Of a stretch of DNA of 64,000 nucleotides, positions 38,477-48,635 are shown in pieces. The translations under genes and the position numbers were made by a program. Location: NCBI GenBank assembly GCA_033286805.1, contig GCA_033286805.1_4727.1. The stretch is one strand, 5' to 3'. The notes below the pieces were generated by a model. It searched no databases, had not been told where the DNA came from, and was given only the letters and a program-made list of their open reading frames with translations. How positions within the stretch are numbered: the stretch's first letter is position 1; each line of letters opens with the position of its first letter. Origin of the DNA: a phage.

Positions 38477-38983
38477 TTACTTACTGATAACCTCAACGGA
38501 GTTGGGATCAGCGATCAATGCACGGTCGGTAGAACAATTGAAGAAGACCGTACCAACACCATCACCGTTCGAGTTCAGGGTTGAACTTGCGTAAGACAGG
38601 GTTGGTTTATTCATGCGGTAGAAGCGTTCGCTGGTTGCGGTATTGAACCCCAGGTCAACGTAGTCTTTCACCGTGGTATACAACTGGGTGGACTCGAAAA
38701 CGGTTACCGGAGAGTCGACGGTAAATTGACTGCCTTCGTCCACAACCAGAACTTTATCGTTCCAGATTTCAGTGGTTGAGAACTTCGGTTTCCAATGTTC
38801 GAATTCCTGGGTTGCACCCCAGCAAGAATACACAGCGAGATTGCTGTTCTTCTCGACAGGTTTCAACCCCACCAGTTGTGTCAGGTCTTTATCCAGGTTC
38901 GGTAAACCTTCCAGCGTAGCACACCCACCCAGAGAAAGCACCATTAGCATACCAAGAACGATCGCGCAAAGTTTCTTTGTCAT
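38477..38983 (-). CDS. putative lipoprotein
   Basis: Signal peptide with lipobox LSLGG-C (MTKKLCAIVLGMLMVLSLGGCAT); GAGGAAA SD. Confidence 0.65.
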   Translation of the reverse strand: MTKKLCAIVLGMLMVLSLGGCATLEGLPNLDKDLTQLVGLKPVEKNSNLAVYSCWGATQEFEHWKPKFSTTEIWNDKVLVVDEGSQFTVDSPVTVFESTQLYTTVKDYVDLGFNTATSERFYRMNKPTLSYASSTLNSNGDGVGTVFFNCSTDRALIADPNSVEVISK

Positions 38984-39024
38984 CGGATTTCCTCATGTGT
39001 TAACGGGAGTGATTTCCATAGTAA

Positions 39025-39441
39025 TTACACAGTTGTAGGAAATTCCGGCCAATCGATATTTGGTGCAGCATCGGTATCGACAGCAGTCACCGCATCAGTG
39101 TAATCCAAAACAGCATTAAGTCGGGTCGTTTCTTCCTGAGTCAGTTTTCGCCCAGCCCGTAATTTTAACTGAATAAGATCGATGGAAGCCAGCGCAGAAT
39201 CAATCAAAGATTGTTTTATCTGTTCTGCCTCGGCGACGAGATCTTCGTGTTGCCGCTCGGGTTCCGGAGGTGCGGTAAACTCACCATTTGAGTATGACCA
39301 ACCTATTCCAGGTGACACAGCCTCCTTATCGTCGATATGAACCAACTGCTGATTGTCGAATATATCGAGCTCTGCTTCACCGTCGTAAACAATCGTGTTT
39401 ACTACCACCCCATTTTCAATAACAGCGTATGATGTACTCAT
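39025..39441 (-). CDS. tail fibre assembly protein (Tfa-like chaperone)
   Basis: C-terminal NIDWPEFP resembles the Tfa C-terminus; TAATG overlap with the fibre gene; start moved to ATG 39441 with GAGGAG SD. Confidence 0.7.
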   Translation of the reverse strand: MSTSYAVIENGVVVNTIVYDGEAELDIFDNQQLVHIDDKEAVSPGIGWSYSNGEFTAPPEPERQHEDLVAEAEQIKQSLIDSALASIDLIQLKLRAGRKLTQEETTRLNAVLDYTDAVTAVDTDAAPNIDWPEFPTTV

Positions 39442-42400
39442 TACATAAACTCCTCGATGATGCAAATCCCATTAGCACCACGCCCACCAGGCTTAGCGGT
39501 TCCTGAGTAAGAGTTATCGTAAGCACCGCCACCACCCGAACCAGGCGCGAGGCCGTTATGGGCGGTGCCAACACCAGCGCGACCGCCACCGCCCCAATAT
39601 GACGCACCCCCACATCCACCGACGGCAAGAGTACCGGCTTGTCCATCGTTACCGTCTCCGCCCGGAATGCGTATATCCCCGGTAGTAGGTACGCCCCCAT
39701 AGCCACCGCCAGTGTTTGTGACAGTTGTTTTTCCTGCGCCTTGCCCGCCGGGAGCAGTTAGCAGGGATGCAAATTTACTATCCCCACCCCCGTTCCCAGA
39801 CGTCGCCCCAGAGCCACCGGAACCACCAGAACCAATTACAACAGAATAACTAGCAGCTGTTACCGTTATAACCGAAATTACTGTTCCGCCAGCGCCTCCC
39901 CCAGCGCCAAAAAACGTTTCGCTGTTGGAATAAGCCTGACAGCCACCGCCGCCACCGCCGCCACCGGTTATTGTTACTCTAATCCGTTTTGTTCCTTGTG
40001 TTGGGGTGTACGTCCCTGACGATGTGAAAACACGCATGTTCAGTAAACGTCCGACATATCCGCTAGAATCGGCTAAACCAAGATCTTTAGCTGCTAACGT
40101 GATATTAGCTGTACCGTCAAACGGTTTACCGTTAATCGTGCGCGCGGTCTGCAACTTCGTCGCCGTTGCTGCGTTTCCTGATGTGTTCTGGTTCCCCGCA
40201 GCGTTAACACCCGGCAGATTGATGTTCGCACTACCGTCGAAAGATACCCCACCAATGGTGCGGGCTGTTTTCAGTTTTGTCGCCGTGGCAGCATTACCGG
40301 TTGTGTCTTGGTTACCGGTGGTGTTTACCCCAGGCAGGTTGATATTTGCCGTTCCGTTAAATGAAACACCGCCAATCGTCCTTGCTGTTTGAAGCCTCGT
40401 CGCGGTAGCGGCGTTACCCGTCGTGTTCTGGTTTCCGGTTGTGTTCACACCAGGGATACTATCTTTCGAGGTGTAGATCTGTGCCCATTCTGACCAGTTC
40501 GAATCGGCCGCATCACGACGTGAACGTAGGTAAGCTGGAGCGTATGCACCTGAGGTACCTGACCACCCAATGAGGATTTCACCTTCACCGACCGATGAAG
40601 CCCCTTTAAGATGAATGACGTTACCATAAGCGGTGGGATACCCGTTATTGTACGCTTCATACATCTGGATGCCCGCATTGCTGCCCTGAGCCGTGTTAGC
40701 TAATGCCGTAACACGACCTTTGGAGGCGAGAGCGGTAATACTGAAGCTAATATCCTTAGTACCGTCAAAGGCGACCCCATTAATCTTCCGTGCTGTTTGG
40801 AGTTTCGTGGCGGTAGCCGCATTACCAGAGGTACTCTGATTACCTGCTTTGTTCACGCCAGGCAAATCAATGTTGGCTGTTCCATCAAAGGACACGCCCC
40901 CTATGGTTCTCGCTGTCTGGAGTTTTGTTGCTGAGCCAGCGTTTCCGGAAGTGCTTTGATTACCTGCCGCGTTGACACCTGGTAGGTTAATGCTAGCAGA
41001 GCCATCAAAAGAAACTCCACCGATCGTGATTGGTGTTTTCAATTTCGTGGCTGTCGCAGCATTACCCGTCGTATTCTGATTGCCAGCCGCATTAACGCCT
41101 GGTAATGCGATATCGGTCGTACCATCGAACGCGACACCACCGATTTTACGGGCAGTCTGTAGCTTGGTCGCTGTAGCCGCGTTGCCGCTGGTATTTTGCG
41201 TGCCCGCTTTATTTACGCCTGGTAAATCAATGTTCGCAGTACCATCAAAAGAAACACCCCCGATGGTTCTCGCGGTCTCAAGTTTGGTTGCGCTTCCTGC
41301 GTTTCCGCTGGTGTCTTGGTTTCCCGCTGCATCAACACCCGGTAGACTGATGCTGGCCGAACCATCGAAACTCACACCACCGATCGTAACAGCGGTTTTC
41401 AATTTCGTAGCGGTTGCAGCGTTCCCCGTGGTATTTTGGTTACCTGTCGCATTCACACCCGGTAATGCAATATCCGCTGTTCCGTCAAAGGCAACGCCAC
41501 CGATTCTACGTGCAGTTTGTAGCTTGGTTGCACTAGCAGCGTTACCGCTGGTATTCTGGGTGCCAGCTTTGTTAACACCAGGGAGATCGATGTTAGCAGA
41601 ACCATCGAAGCTAACGCCACCTATCGTTCTTGCAGTAGCAAGTTTAGCTGCTGTAGCAGCGGCGTTACCGACTTTTAACCATTCGCCCCATGGACCATCC
41701 TGGCCGTTCCATGATGCCGTTAAACTACGTACGTAAATATTGCCGGTACATACAGTGTAACGTTGCGTTCCACCGAATTGCCCGGTTGGGAGCACTTCAA
41801 TGTAACCTGCGGCATTTGCTTCAGGGAAATTGTGGGCGACGTCCGCGTTCGTTGATACTGGTTTAGACCAAATACCCACAGACGCTTCAACCGGACCGTA
41901 CGTATTCAGATTTGCGTCGGTGGGAAGTTGTCCTCGAAAACGCTGGAATTGTGTTGCCGATAACCCCAACGTTGTTTGCATGCTTTCAATGCTGGATTGC
42001 TGAAGTAACGTCCGTGCTGTCGACGTAATCACGGTAAGCGCAACTTTATTAACACCGGTGAAATACGGGAGTTTGTCTGCTGATGTCGCTAAACCTGAAA
42101 AGGCGGTCAGTAATGCGTTAAGGGGCTGCTTCCCAGCTAACGCATTTGTTACCGTCGTTGCGAAATTAGGATCACTTCCTATAGCTCGAGCCAGCTTATT
42201 AAGCGTATTTAGCGTCGCTGGTGACGAGTCGATCAGCGCCGTGATCGCACGCATCACAAATTCCGTGTTGGCTATCTGTCGACTGCTATTGTTAACTGCT
42301 GCGGTGGGCGCTGCTGGCGTACCAGTGAATACAGGGCTATTAAGATCCGCCTTGAGGGCGATGAGACGTTTAAGCGCTTCAACATCAACTTTCAGGTTTT

Positions 42401-43319
42401 CCCATCCGATGAGAGAACCACCACTGTTGGTATGATAACGGTTGTACCAGAAGTCACCGTTAACGCCAAAAAAGAATATACATTTCTCTTCGTTTTGTGG
42501 ACCGGAACTATTTCGTGATGAGTCGATATATTTGATTTCAATAAGACCGCTAAACACCACTCCTGGGATTATATTGTTGTCTCCAGCTGATTGTGATACT
42601 TGGTACATCCCCGGGGTTGCAGCTTTAACCCACGTTAAGAATTCTGTTACTCCAGCGTTACCGCTGAAACGCTTAACGTCGGTAAGTATCGCCCCATAAC
42701 CGAACATACCGGGTAAAGCAACTCGCCCATCGGTACGGTCACGAATATCTGTTGCAACAACAGGCAATTGTTTACGAACGGCATTAACCGCTTTAGGCGT
42801 GGCCGATTTTGTCTCGTCGTCGCTATCGGTTTCATTACTTAGAATAGTTAAACCGCGTGTAGTAGTAGTTGCATCAGGAAGAAATGCGTTATCCAACACC
42901 TTAAGCTGTACTGCACTCGTATTACTAACAACGACATGCACTTGACAGTTAAGAACGCTGGTTGCGCCTTCGGCAGGCGTAGGCTTATATCTTTCTGGTG
43001 CACTGCAGACGGCAATCAGAACACCTTGGTCGTCATACAGACCGATCTCACGTACCCAGAACCCACCTTGACCAGCAGGAATAATACCCTCAACGATAAT
43101 CCTAGTTGTGCTATCACCATCCGCATGGATATTAGAAACTTCCCCACGATAAACTTCGTGAACAAGCGCTGTTTGGCTGGCGGTAGGGGTTGGGATCGAG
43201 CCGTTACCATCACCAACGGCAAAGTGTGTGATTTTTAGTTTCTCACCGTCGGGAAGTAACGCAGCGGTGATACGTTCTGCTCCTTTATCGGTAACTACCG
43301 TTATATATGCTGTACTCAT
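39441..43319 (-). CDS. tail fibre protein (1292 aa) with tandem repeats and glycine-rich C-terminus
   Basis: N-terminal KITHFAVGDGNGSIPTPTASQTALV (P2 H / side-tail-fibre-like); more than 10 repeats ending GNAATATKL; Gly-rich C-terminus; Tfa gene immediately downstream. Confidence 0.8.
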   Translation of the reverse strand: MSTAYITVVTDKGAERITAALLPDGEKLKITHFAVGDGNGSIPTPTASQTALVHEVYRGEVSNIHADGDSTTRIIVEGIIPAGQGGFWVREIGLYDDQGVLIAVCSAPERYKPTPAEGATSVLNCQVHVVVSNTSAVQLKVLDNAFLPDATTTTRGLTILSNETDSDDETKSATPKAVNAVRKQLPVVATDIRDRTDGRVALPGMFGYGAILTDVKRFSGNAGVTEFLTWVKAATPGMYQVSQSAGDNNIIPGVVFSGLIEIKYIDSSRNSSGPQNEEKCIFFFGVNGDFWYNRYHTNSGGSLIGWENLKVDVEALKRLIALKADLNSPVFTGTPAAPTAAVNNSSRQIANTEFVMRAITALIDSSPATLNTLNKLARAIGSDPNFATTVTNALAGKQPLNALLTAFSGLATSADKLPYFTGVNKVALTVITSTARTLLQQSSIESMQTTLGLSATQFQRFRGQLPTDANLNTYGPVEASVGIWSKPVSTNADVAHNFPEANAAGYIEVLPTGQFGGTQRYTVCTGNIYVRSLTASWNGQDGPWGEWLKVGNAAATAAKLATARTIGGVSFDGSANIDLPGVNKAGTQNTSGNAASATKLQTARRIGGVAFDGTADIALPGVNATGNQNTTGNAATATKLKTAVTIGGVSFDGSASISLPGVDAAGNQDTSGNAGSATKLETARTIGGVSFDGTANIDLPGVNKAGTQNTSGNAATATKLQTARKIGGVAFDGTTDIALPGVNAAGNQNTTGNAATATKLKTPITIGGVSFDGSASINLPGVNAAGNQSTSGNAGSATKLQTARTIGGVSFDGTANIDLPGVNKAGNQSTSGNAATATKLQTARKINGVAFDGTKDISFSITALASKGRVTALANTAQGSNAGIQMYEAYNNGYPTAYGNVIHLKGASSVGEGEILIGWSGTSGAYAPAYLRSRRDAADSNWSEWAQIYTSKDSIPGVNTTGNQNTTGNAATATRLQTARTIGGVSFNGTANINLPGVNTTGNQDTTGNAATATKLKTARTIGGVSFDGSANINLPGVNAAGNQNTSGNAATATKLQTARTINGKPFDGTANITLAAKDLGLADSSGYVGRLLNMRVFTSSGTYTPTQGTKRIRVTITGGGGGGGGCQAYSNSETFFGAGGGAGGTVISVITVTAASYSVVIGSGGSGGSGATSGNGGGDSKFASLLTAPGGQGAGKTTVTNTGGGYGGVPTTGDIRIPGGDGNDGQAGTLAVGGCGGASYWGGGGRAGVGTAHNGLAPGSGGGGAYDNSYSGTAKPGGRGANGICIIEEFM
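40094..41654 (-). repeat. in-frame tandem coding repeats (~42 aa / ~126 bp units) within the tail fibre gene
   Basis: Repeated TARTIGGVSFDGSANIDLPGVNxxGNQNTSGNAATATKLQ units in two blocks; mirrored by antisense repeat ORFs. Boundaries approximate. Confidence 0.7.
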
Positions 43320-43325
43320 GGTGTT

Positions 43326-43853
43326 TTATCCTGGATAAATAGTGATGATATCACCAATGACGGTTGTGGCACCGGCGTAAAGATGAGCCGGAGATACATC
43401 ATGTTGGTTTGTCACAGTAAGATCCAATCGACCACGCCAAACCATGGAGGTATTCGCGATGGGGATAGAAATCTTTTTGGATATATCGTCACGAAAATCA
43501 ATAACAGTGGCAAGGGTAACCGCATCAAAATCAACATCGGGATCAAAGACGAACCCGTATTGATCTGAAATCGCCCGAATAATGGCATGTATAGTTGTTG
43601 TCTCAACAGACTCTAAAACGATTTTTACCGGTATTCCTAAAAATGCCTTCGCGATATCGCGTCGGGCGTAAACGATAAAGCATTCACCGCACCACTTTGT
43701 TCCTTCATTTGCTGTGACGATCACTTTTGCCCTGTTAGCACCAGAACTCCCATCCAAGGTTAATGTAAGATCGGAGTTGCTGAACACGCTACCGTTACGT
43801 TGGTTTATCAACGTAATCAGTTCGTCTTTCCATGGTGGGTAAAGTGAACGCAT
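43326..43853 (-). CDS. hypothetical tail protein with shared N-terminal domain
   Basis: RRDIAKAFLGIPVKI segment; start moved to ATG 43853 with GGAGGAGGG SD. Confidence 0.55.
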   Translation of the reverse strand: MRSLYPPWKDELITLINQRNGSVFSNSDLTLTLDGSSGANRAKVIVTANEGTKWCGECFIVYARRDIAKAFLGIPVKIVLESVETTTIHAIIRAISDQYGFVFDPDVDFDAVTLATVIDFRDDISKKISIPIANTSMVWRGRLDLTVTNQHDVSPAHLYAGATTVIGDIITIYPG

Positions 43854-43894
43854 AAGCGCACCCTCCTCCAACAATCAAATTAAGATATATAACT

Positions 43895-43998
43895 CCTCGA
43901 AACCAAAGTGCGATTCGAGGTAAGCGTAAACAGTCCAGACGACCGCATAAAATTCCGCGCATATTACCCCTCTACCCCGACAAAGCGAGATAGAGGGG
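43895..43998. terminator. two hairpins (CCTCGAA...TTCGAGG and CCCCTCTA...TAGAGGGG)
   Basis: Inverted repeats at 43895-43920 and 43967-43998 in the 184-bp intergenic region. Confidence 0.5.
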
Positions 43999-44058
43999 AG
44001 GTTAATACGATTATGCTATTGCACTCCAAAGTTCATGGGGCGGTAACCGCCCCATCGG

Positions 44059-47000
44059 TTAAATTGTCGGTTTTACATCACGTAATAAGGCAATATAATA
44101 GCCTAATCCTCGGAGGATCTCCCCACTCCAGAAACCAAAATACATTCCGTCTCTGCCGAGATTAGCGCTATCTGGTGCGGGACTCCACCCACCGTTCATT
44201 ACGTCATCAACGGTGTAGCGGTTGATGTAGTTCTCAACGATTTCGTTATACGCATTAACAGCAACAGAATAGCCTTTATCGTTGGGATGTCCGTACAACA
44301 TTGCTAACGACGCACCAGCCAACCATAATCCTGCCATGTGACCAGTAAAGTCATTAGGGATAAAAGCAGGGGGTTTATCCATCGGAAAATCCGTAGGAGA
44401 TTGATAGGCGTTTTCCTGTTGATACGTAAACAAGAAATCAATCCAATGACTGATGTAAGTGGTTAATTTCTCAGGGACGGCTAAACCACGATCAAGCAGT
44501 CCAGCATAAAGCCGCACCGCTGAAAAGAAAGCCCTCGGCTGATAACCAGACCATGCTGTCTGATCGCCGAAATGGTACATCGTAAAATCATTAACTTTTG
44601 ATCCGCTTGGCGCATCCCAACGATCCCACACGTACGCACTTGCCCCTGGCCCTAAAACCCCGAATTTCTGATAATACCACTGCTGCGAGTCATACCAGAA
44701 ATTCACAACATTCTGAATCATGAGGTCACGTCGTTCAGCCGATACGTCCATATCCAGGAAGACCCATGGATGTTGGTAGCCGGGATAAGGCTGACCACGC
44801 CAACTGTCGAACGTCGGTGCGTTAGGGATATAGTTGTTAGAGAACGGAATAATACCCGGAGTATAAGGCAATGGATCCAGACGTTGGTTGACAATCGTAC
44901 AATCGCCAACACGTAATGTTCCCTCCGCCTCAAAGGTTGCTTTTAACGTAAACAGCATGGTATATCCGTCATCCGTGGTGTAAGTTGACGGTGGATTGTT
45001 GATAGCGTAAAGCTTAAATACCCCTTCAGCGATATCGCTGTCATCAGGCAAGAACAGAATTTCAGTTGAGCCATCACCCCACACAGGTGCAGAAGGTTTA
45101 GGGTCAGTGTCAACATGGTTCGGTTGATACCCTGAGAGCGTCCACCCATTCGCCGAAAGCGTCAATGTATTTCTTGCTGTGGTGGCCGGTAGCATATACC
45201 ACCATCGCCAACCATTTGCATCTTCTACACGAACGTTGTAGTCAATCGACGCGAAATAACTGACCTGCCTTACGATCTGTTTTGCGGTTGGATTGAATTC
45301 AAATTGCCCGCCTGCCGCAGTAAGCTGCGCTTTTAGGAACAACCCATCCCAGGAATCTTCCACCGCTTCGCTGAATTCTGTTGTAATTGCGACATCGTCT
45401 TTCCAGCCGACTTTATCAGCCGATATCAACACAGAACCTGTAACAGCATCGCCGGTTGGCGTTGAAGCTTCATCAACCGCATCAGCAGGAATCAACGAGC
45501 CTATTTTGAAATCCCATTCTTTCGGCTCAGCACTGGAAGGTAATACCAGCTTGTATGTTTTGGCTTTCGCTTCGGTTTTGTCCAAAGAAAGCGATAATGA
45601 GATCTCAACCGGAATTGCAATACCTGCCGTATCCTTACCTCCGCAGGTTACACGAAGAATTGAATTACGATTGACACGGAACGGAATGGCCTGCTGTTCA
45701 AGATAAATTTGTGCTGAAGATGCTTGAATCACGATCCAGCCATCGGTATCACGTGTGATTGTGAACGGTGCTTTCGATGGGTACGTATACGTGTAAGCGA
45801 TACCGTCGGTGTCGTAACGATCGGTTCCTTTTACTTGACGGAAGAACTTATCGTTGGCGTCAATACGGGTATATTCTTCAATCGTAAACAAAGATGCCTT
45901 GTACGCTTTCTGATAACGCTCCTGCTGCGTTAAACGATATAAGGTGTAGGCTGCTTCACAAAACCATTGTTCGGCGTCTGACGCGTTTCCCATGTAGTCT
46001 CTGGTGACCGGCACCTGGATCGGTCGGTTATGCTGACACTCGTTCGTTTTGATGAGGTATCCGCCATATTCAACAGGAACACGCGGTGCCCATGCAACCA
46101 AGTAAGAACCGCTGACGGATTTATCTTTGAGTACGATGGTACCTACCTCATCGTCAGTACACGCTTCAAGATCGTCTCCGTCAGCACTTACGTAACGTTT
46201 TGTGCGTAACGCAACTTTCTCGATAGGGAACACCGTACCCTTTGTATCCCAGTCAATCGTCCCATCATCATTGGTTTTGAACACATCGGCGTTCAAATTC
46301 TGCCAGCCGAGTTTACCCTCATAGACCTGAACAACAAGATCCATGTATTCCCCGAACGTTGGTGCCCCATGTGTTATTTTTCCAATACCGTTGGTGAATG
46401 TAACCGCTGTGTCATGGAAACCGCCATGTGTTGGGTAATCGTCTTTTGCAAGAGGATAATGGGCCAACACAGGTTGTTTACCATTAACAATCCAGTTAGC
46501 GATCCAGCGTGTCGGTGTATCCGGTGGTTCAAGGCCTGCATAGAACGCTTTTATATACGCATCGAACGATGTCTCTGCTAATGTGAGATAATGCGCTTTA
46601 AGCTTGGTGTCATCCGTTGTATGACTGAATATACCCGCACCCAGAATTAACAACGACTGTCCTTCTGTTGTTGCGTCACCATCCGGTTGTGCTTCTTGTC
46701 GTGTTGCTGCAATGAAATGACGGTTGTTTACCATGACCCCGCTTTCATTTAACACGTAATGATCGGTTTCTGGGTCGGTAAACGTTCCTGTGTTTCGGGT
46801 TAAGAATCTTGCATGGCCATAACCAACGAAATTAACCGGCGACGCTGTAATCACCCATTTACCGATAAGTTGAGCAACATCATTATAACGCTCGGATGCG
46901 GTGATTTGTTTCACGTACCAGTCTTTATGGTTAAATGTCCAAAGCAGGAAGTAATAAGTTGTATCGATTTCCATCACTGGGAACGTCGGCGTTAACGGCT

Positions 47001-47655
47001 CCAGCATTAAGTAGTTGCTCCAGTCAATCTGTCCGCCAACAACCGATGGGGTAATCTCTAATAACTGACACCATTCATAACGGTCCGGTACACTACTGTA
47101 CGTTGTTGGTAAAGGTAACTTGTATACGCCAGTACGATTCAGATCGAACGCTTTTCTAGCCGATCCTAAATCAACATAAATACTCGACGATGTGCTTGCA
47201 TCAGATGCCTCCAAAGCACCTAACGTTGACCGATACATTGAGATGAACAACGTATCTTTCCAGTAAGGGTTATCCTTGATTGGTTCTAAAGCGATTTGTG
47301 CGGAGATGCTGTTCTGTGTCCCTAACTGGTATGTTGCATTTAAAGATTCTTCTGTGAAATAACTTTCTGCAATCGTCAGATGGAACTGCTCGTTCAATAA
47401 CGCGAGTGCGGCGCGGCCAGTAACATCCTCGTTACCGGTTTCTTTTTTCACGATCGCGCCGAACGGAAACAGTGTCGCGAATGACCGTTTTGGTTTATTA
47501 ACCGTAACCGTCCCTGTGTAATTTCCAACACCGTCAAGTTTTTGACTATCGCCAACAGCAGTGACTGCGATACCATCAGCCGGGATATTTGTTTTATTTA
47601 GCACATTGAGTTGGTCAACCAGATCCTGCTTATCGTCAGGTAAGAATGTCGCCAT
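44059..47655 (-). CDS. large tail-associated protein (1198 aa)
   Basis: Long ORF, AAGGTGGAG SD, located within the tail-fibre module. Confidence 0.6.
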   Translation of the reverse strand: MATFLPDDKQDLVDQLNVLNKTNIPADGIAVTAVGDSQKLDGVGNYTGTVTVNKPKRSFATLFPFGAIVKKETGNEDVTGRAALALLNEQFHLTIAESYFTEESLNATYQLGTQNSISAQIALEPIKDNPYWKDTLFISMYRSTLGALEASDASTSSSIYVDLGSARKAFDLNRTGVYKLPLPTTYSSVPDRYEWCQLLEITPSVVGGQIDWSNYLMLEPLTPTFPVMEIDTTYYFLLWTFNHKDWYVKQITASERYNDVAQLIGKWVITASPVNFVGYGHARFLTRNTGTFTDPETDHYVLNESGVMVNNRHFIAATRQEAQPDGDATTEGQSLLILGAGIFSHTTDDTKLKAHYLTLAETSFDAYIKAFYAGLEPPDTPTRWIANWIVNGKQPVLAHYPLAKDDYPTHGGFHDTAVTFTNGIGKITHGAPTFGEYMDLVVQVYEGKLGWQNLNADVFKTNDDGTIDWDTKGTVFPIEKVALRTKRYVSADGDDLEACTDDEVGTIVLKDKSVSGSYLVAWAPRVPVEYGGYLIKTNECQHNRPIQVPVTRDYMGNASDAEQWFCEAAYTLYRLTQQERYQKAYKASLFTIEEYTRIDANDKFFRQVKGTDRYDTDGIAYTYTYPSKAPFTITRDTDGWIVIQASSAQIYLEQQAIPFRVNRNSILRVTCGGKDTAGIAIPVEISLSLSLDKTEAKAKTYKLVLPSSAEPKEWDFKIGSLIPADAVDEASTPTGDAVTGSVLISADKVGWKDDVAITTEFSEAVEDSWDGLFLKAQLTAAGGQFEFNPTAKQIVRQVSYFASIDYNVRVEDANGWRWWYMLPATTARNTLTLSANGWTLSGYQPNHVDTDPKPSAPVWGDGSTEILFLPDDSDIAEGVFKLYAINNPPSTYTTDDGYTMLFTLKATFEAEGTLRVGDCTIVNQRLDPLPYTPGIIPFSNNYIPNAPTFDSWRGQPYPGYQHPWVFLDMDVSAERRDLMIQNVVNFWYDSQQWYYQKFGVLGPGASAYVWDRWDAPSGSKVNDFTMYHFGDQTAWSGYQPRAFFSAVRLYAGLLDRGLAVPEKLTTYISHWIDFLFTYQQENAYQSPTDFPMDKPPAFIPNDFTGHMAGLWLAGASLAMLYGHPNDKGYSVAVNAYNEIVENYINRYTVDDVMNGGWSPAPDSANLGRDGMYFGFWSGEILRGLGYYIALLRDVKPTI

Positions 47656-47668
47656 TATTTACTCCACC

Positions 47669-48499
47669 TTAATCGTAACTAAAATAAAGTTTGCTGCTGA
47701 CGCCGCTATCGGAATGAGGTTTTAATACCAGAACAGAGCTTCCGAACGACGGAAGTATTGGAACATCTAAATCGTTCGCATCGGCAACTTTTCCATTATA
47801 AACGACATTGGCTGTTGTGATGAGTTCCCAAGCTAAGGTATAACTCATTGAAATCAGCGACGAGGCTAAACGGAATGCGTTGTATCCTTCTGGAGTATCT
47901 CCAACCGACATCGAACGTATCGCATCTTGCGGTGGTAAATTTAGCTTGATGCCGTAGGTGCTGAATGTGTGGAAATCCCCTTGTTTACTATCTTCTGGAT
48001 AATACGAGGTTAGCGGTTCTCGCACCGTAATCAGTTCGCTAATATCGGTACTTACATCTTTTCGTGCGAGGAATTGAAACGTACCGTGCCATGATGCCGA
48101 TGCGTCAGAACGAACGGGAACAGATATGGTTTTCTCGCCGCTTTCAAATTTAACCTGTGATGCTAACGCTGAAGAATCAAAGATCGTTAAATCGATCTTC
48201 AACCCATATTTCTTAAACAGCTGCGTTAAGCAGTCTGCTATCGTCGTCTTATCAGCAACGACAATAAAAGGTTGGTGTTTGATAAAGAGCTTATTAATGT
48301 CTCGACGTTGAAGATAAACCTGTACGGGGTCTTCGACGTAGTAAACCGATTGTGGTGCGGGGGCTATAGAAAGGCGTAACCGACCCGATGCACCATACCA
48401 GGCTGGCGTTAACGTAACGTCTGACAGGGACAACGGATGCTGGAGATAGGCGTTTATTTTAGATAACACTTCCTCCTGCCATGATGCTTCAGGATACAT
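47669..48499 (-). CDS. hypothetical tail protein sharing the N-terminal domain
   Basis: N-terminal segment (LQRRDINKLF) weakly paralogous to the 34980 and 43326 products. Confidence 0.5.
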   Translation of the reverse strand: MYPEASWQEEVLSKINAYLQHPLSLSDVTLTPAWYGASGRLRLSIAPAPQSVYYVEDPVQVYLQRRDINKLFIKHQPFIVVADKTTIADCLTQLFKKYGLKIDLTIFDSSALASQVKFESGEKTISVPVRSDASASWHGTFQFLARKDVSTDISELITVREPLTSYYPEDSKQGDFHTFSTYGIKLNLPPQDAIRSMSVGDTPEGYNAFRLASSLISMSYTLAWELITTANVVYNGKVADANDLDVPILPSFGSSVLVLKPHSDSGVSSKLYFSYD

Positions 48500-48560
48500 G
48501 CTGACCTCATAGATGATCGTTGATAGGAAAGAGACCTAATTCATACCATGGGAACCTCAA

Positions 48561-48614
48561 AAAAAAAAACGAAAAATAGGGAAACGGTGTTCATCCTTTT
48601 TAGGGATGAACACC
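48561..48614 (-). terminator. rho-independent terminator (minus strand)
   Basis: Perfect stem CGGTGTTCATCC/GGATGAACACCG with loop TTTTTA; plus-strand A11 run gives a U-tract on the minus transcript. Confidence 0.75.
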
Positions 48615-48635
48615 GCGTACCGTTATATCGAACGA

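Noticed and set aside
40094-41654. Possible CRISPR-like repeat array
   Set aside because: The repeats are in-frame, ~126 bp, imperfect and lie inside a long ORF; there is no repeat-spacer structure or cas gene.
41080-41736. 218-aa plus-strand ORF inside the tail fibre gene (also 40006-40392)
   Set aside because: It is the antisense reading of the fibre's tandem repeats (repetitive PAALTPG units), not an independent gene.
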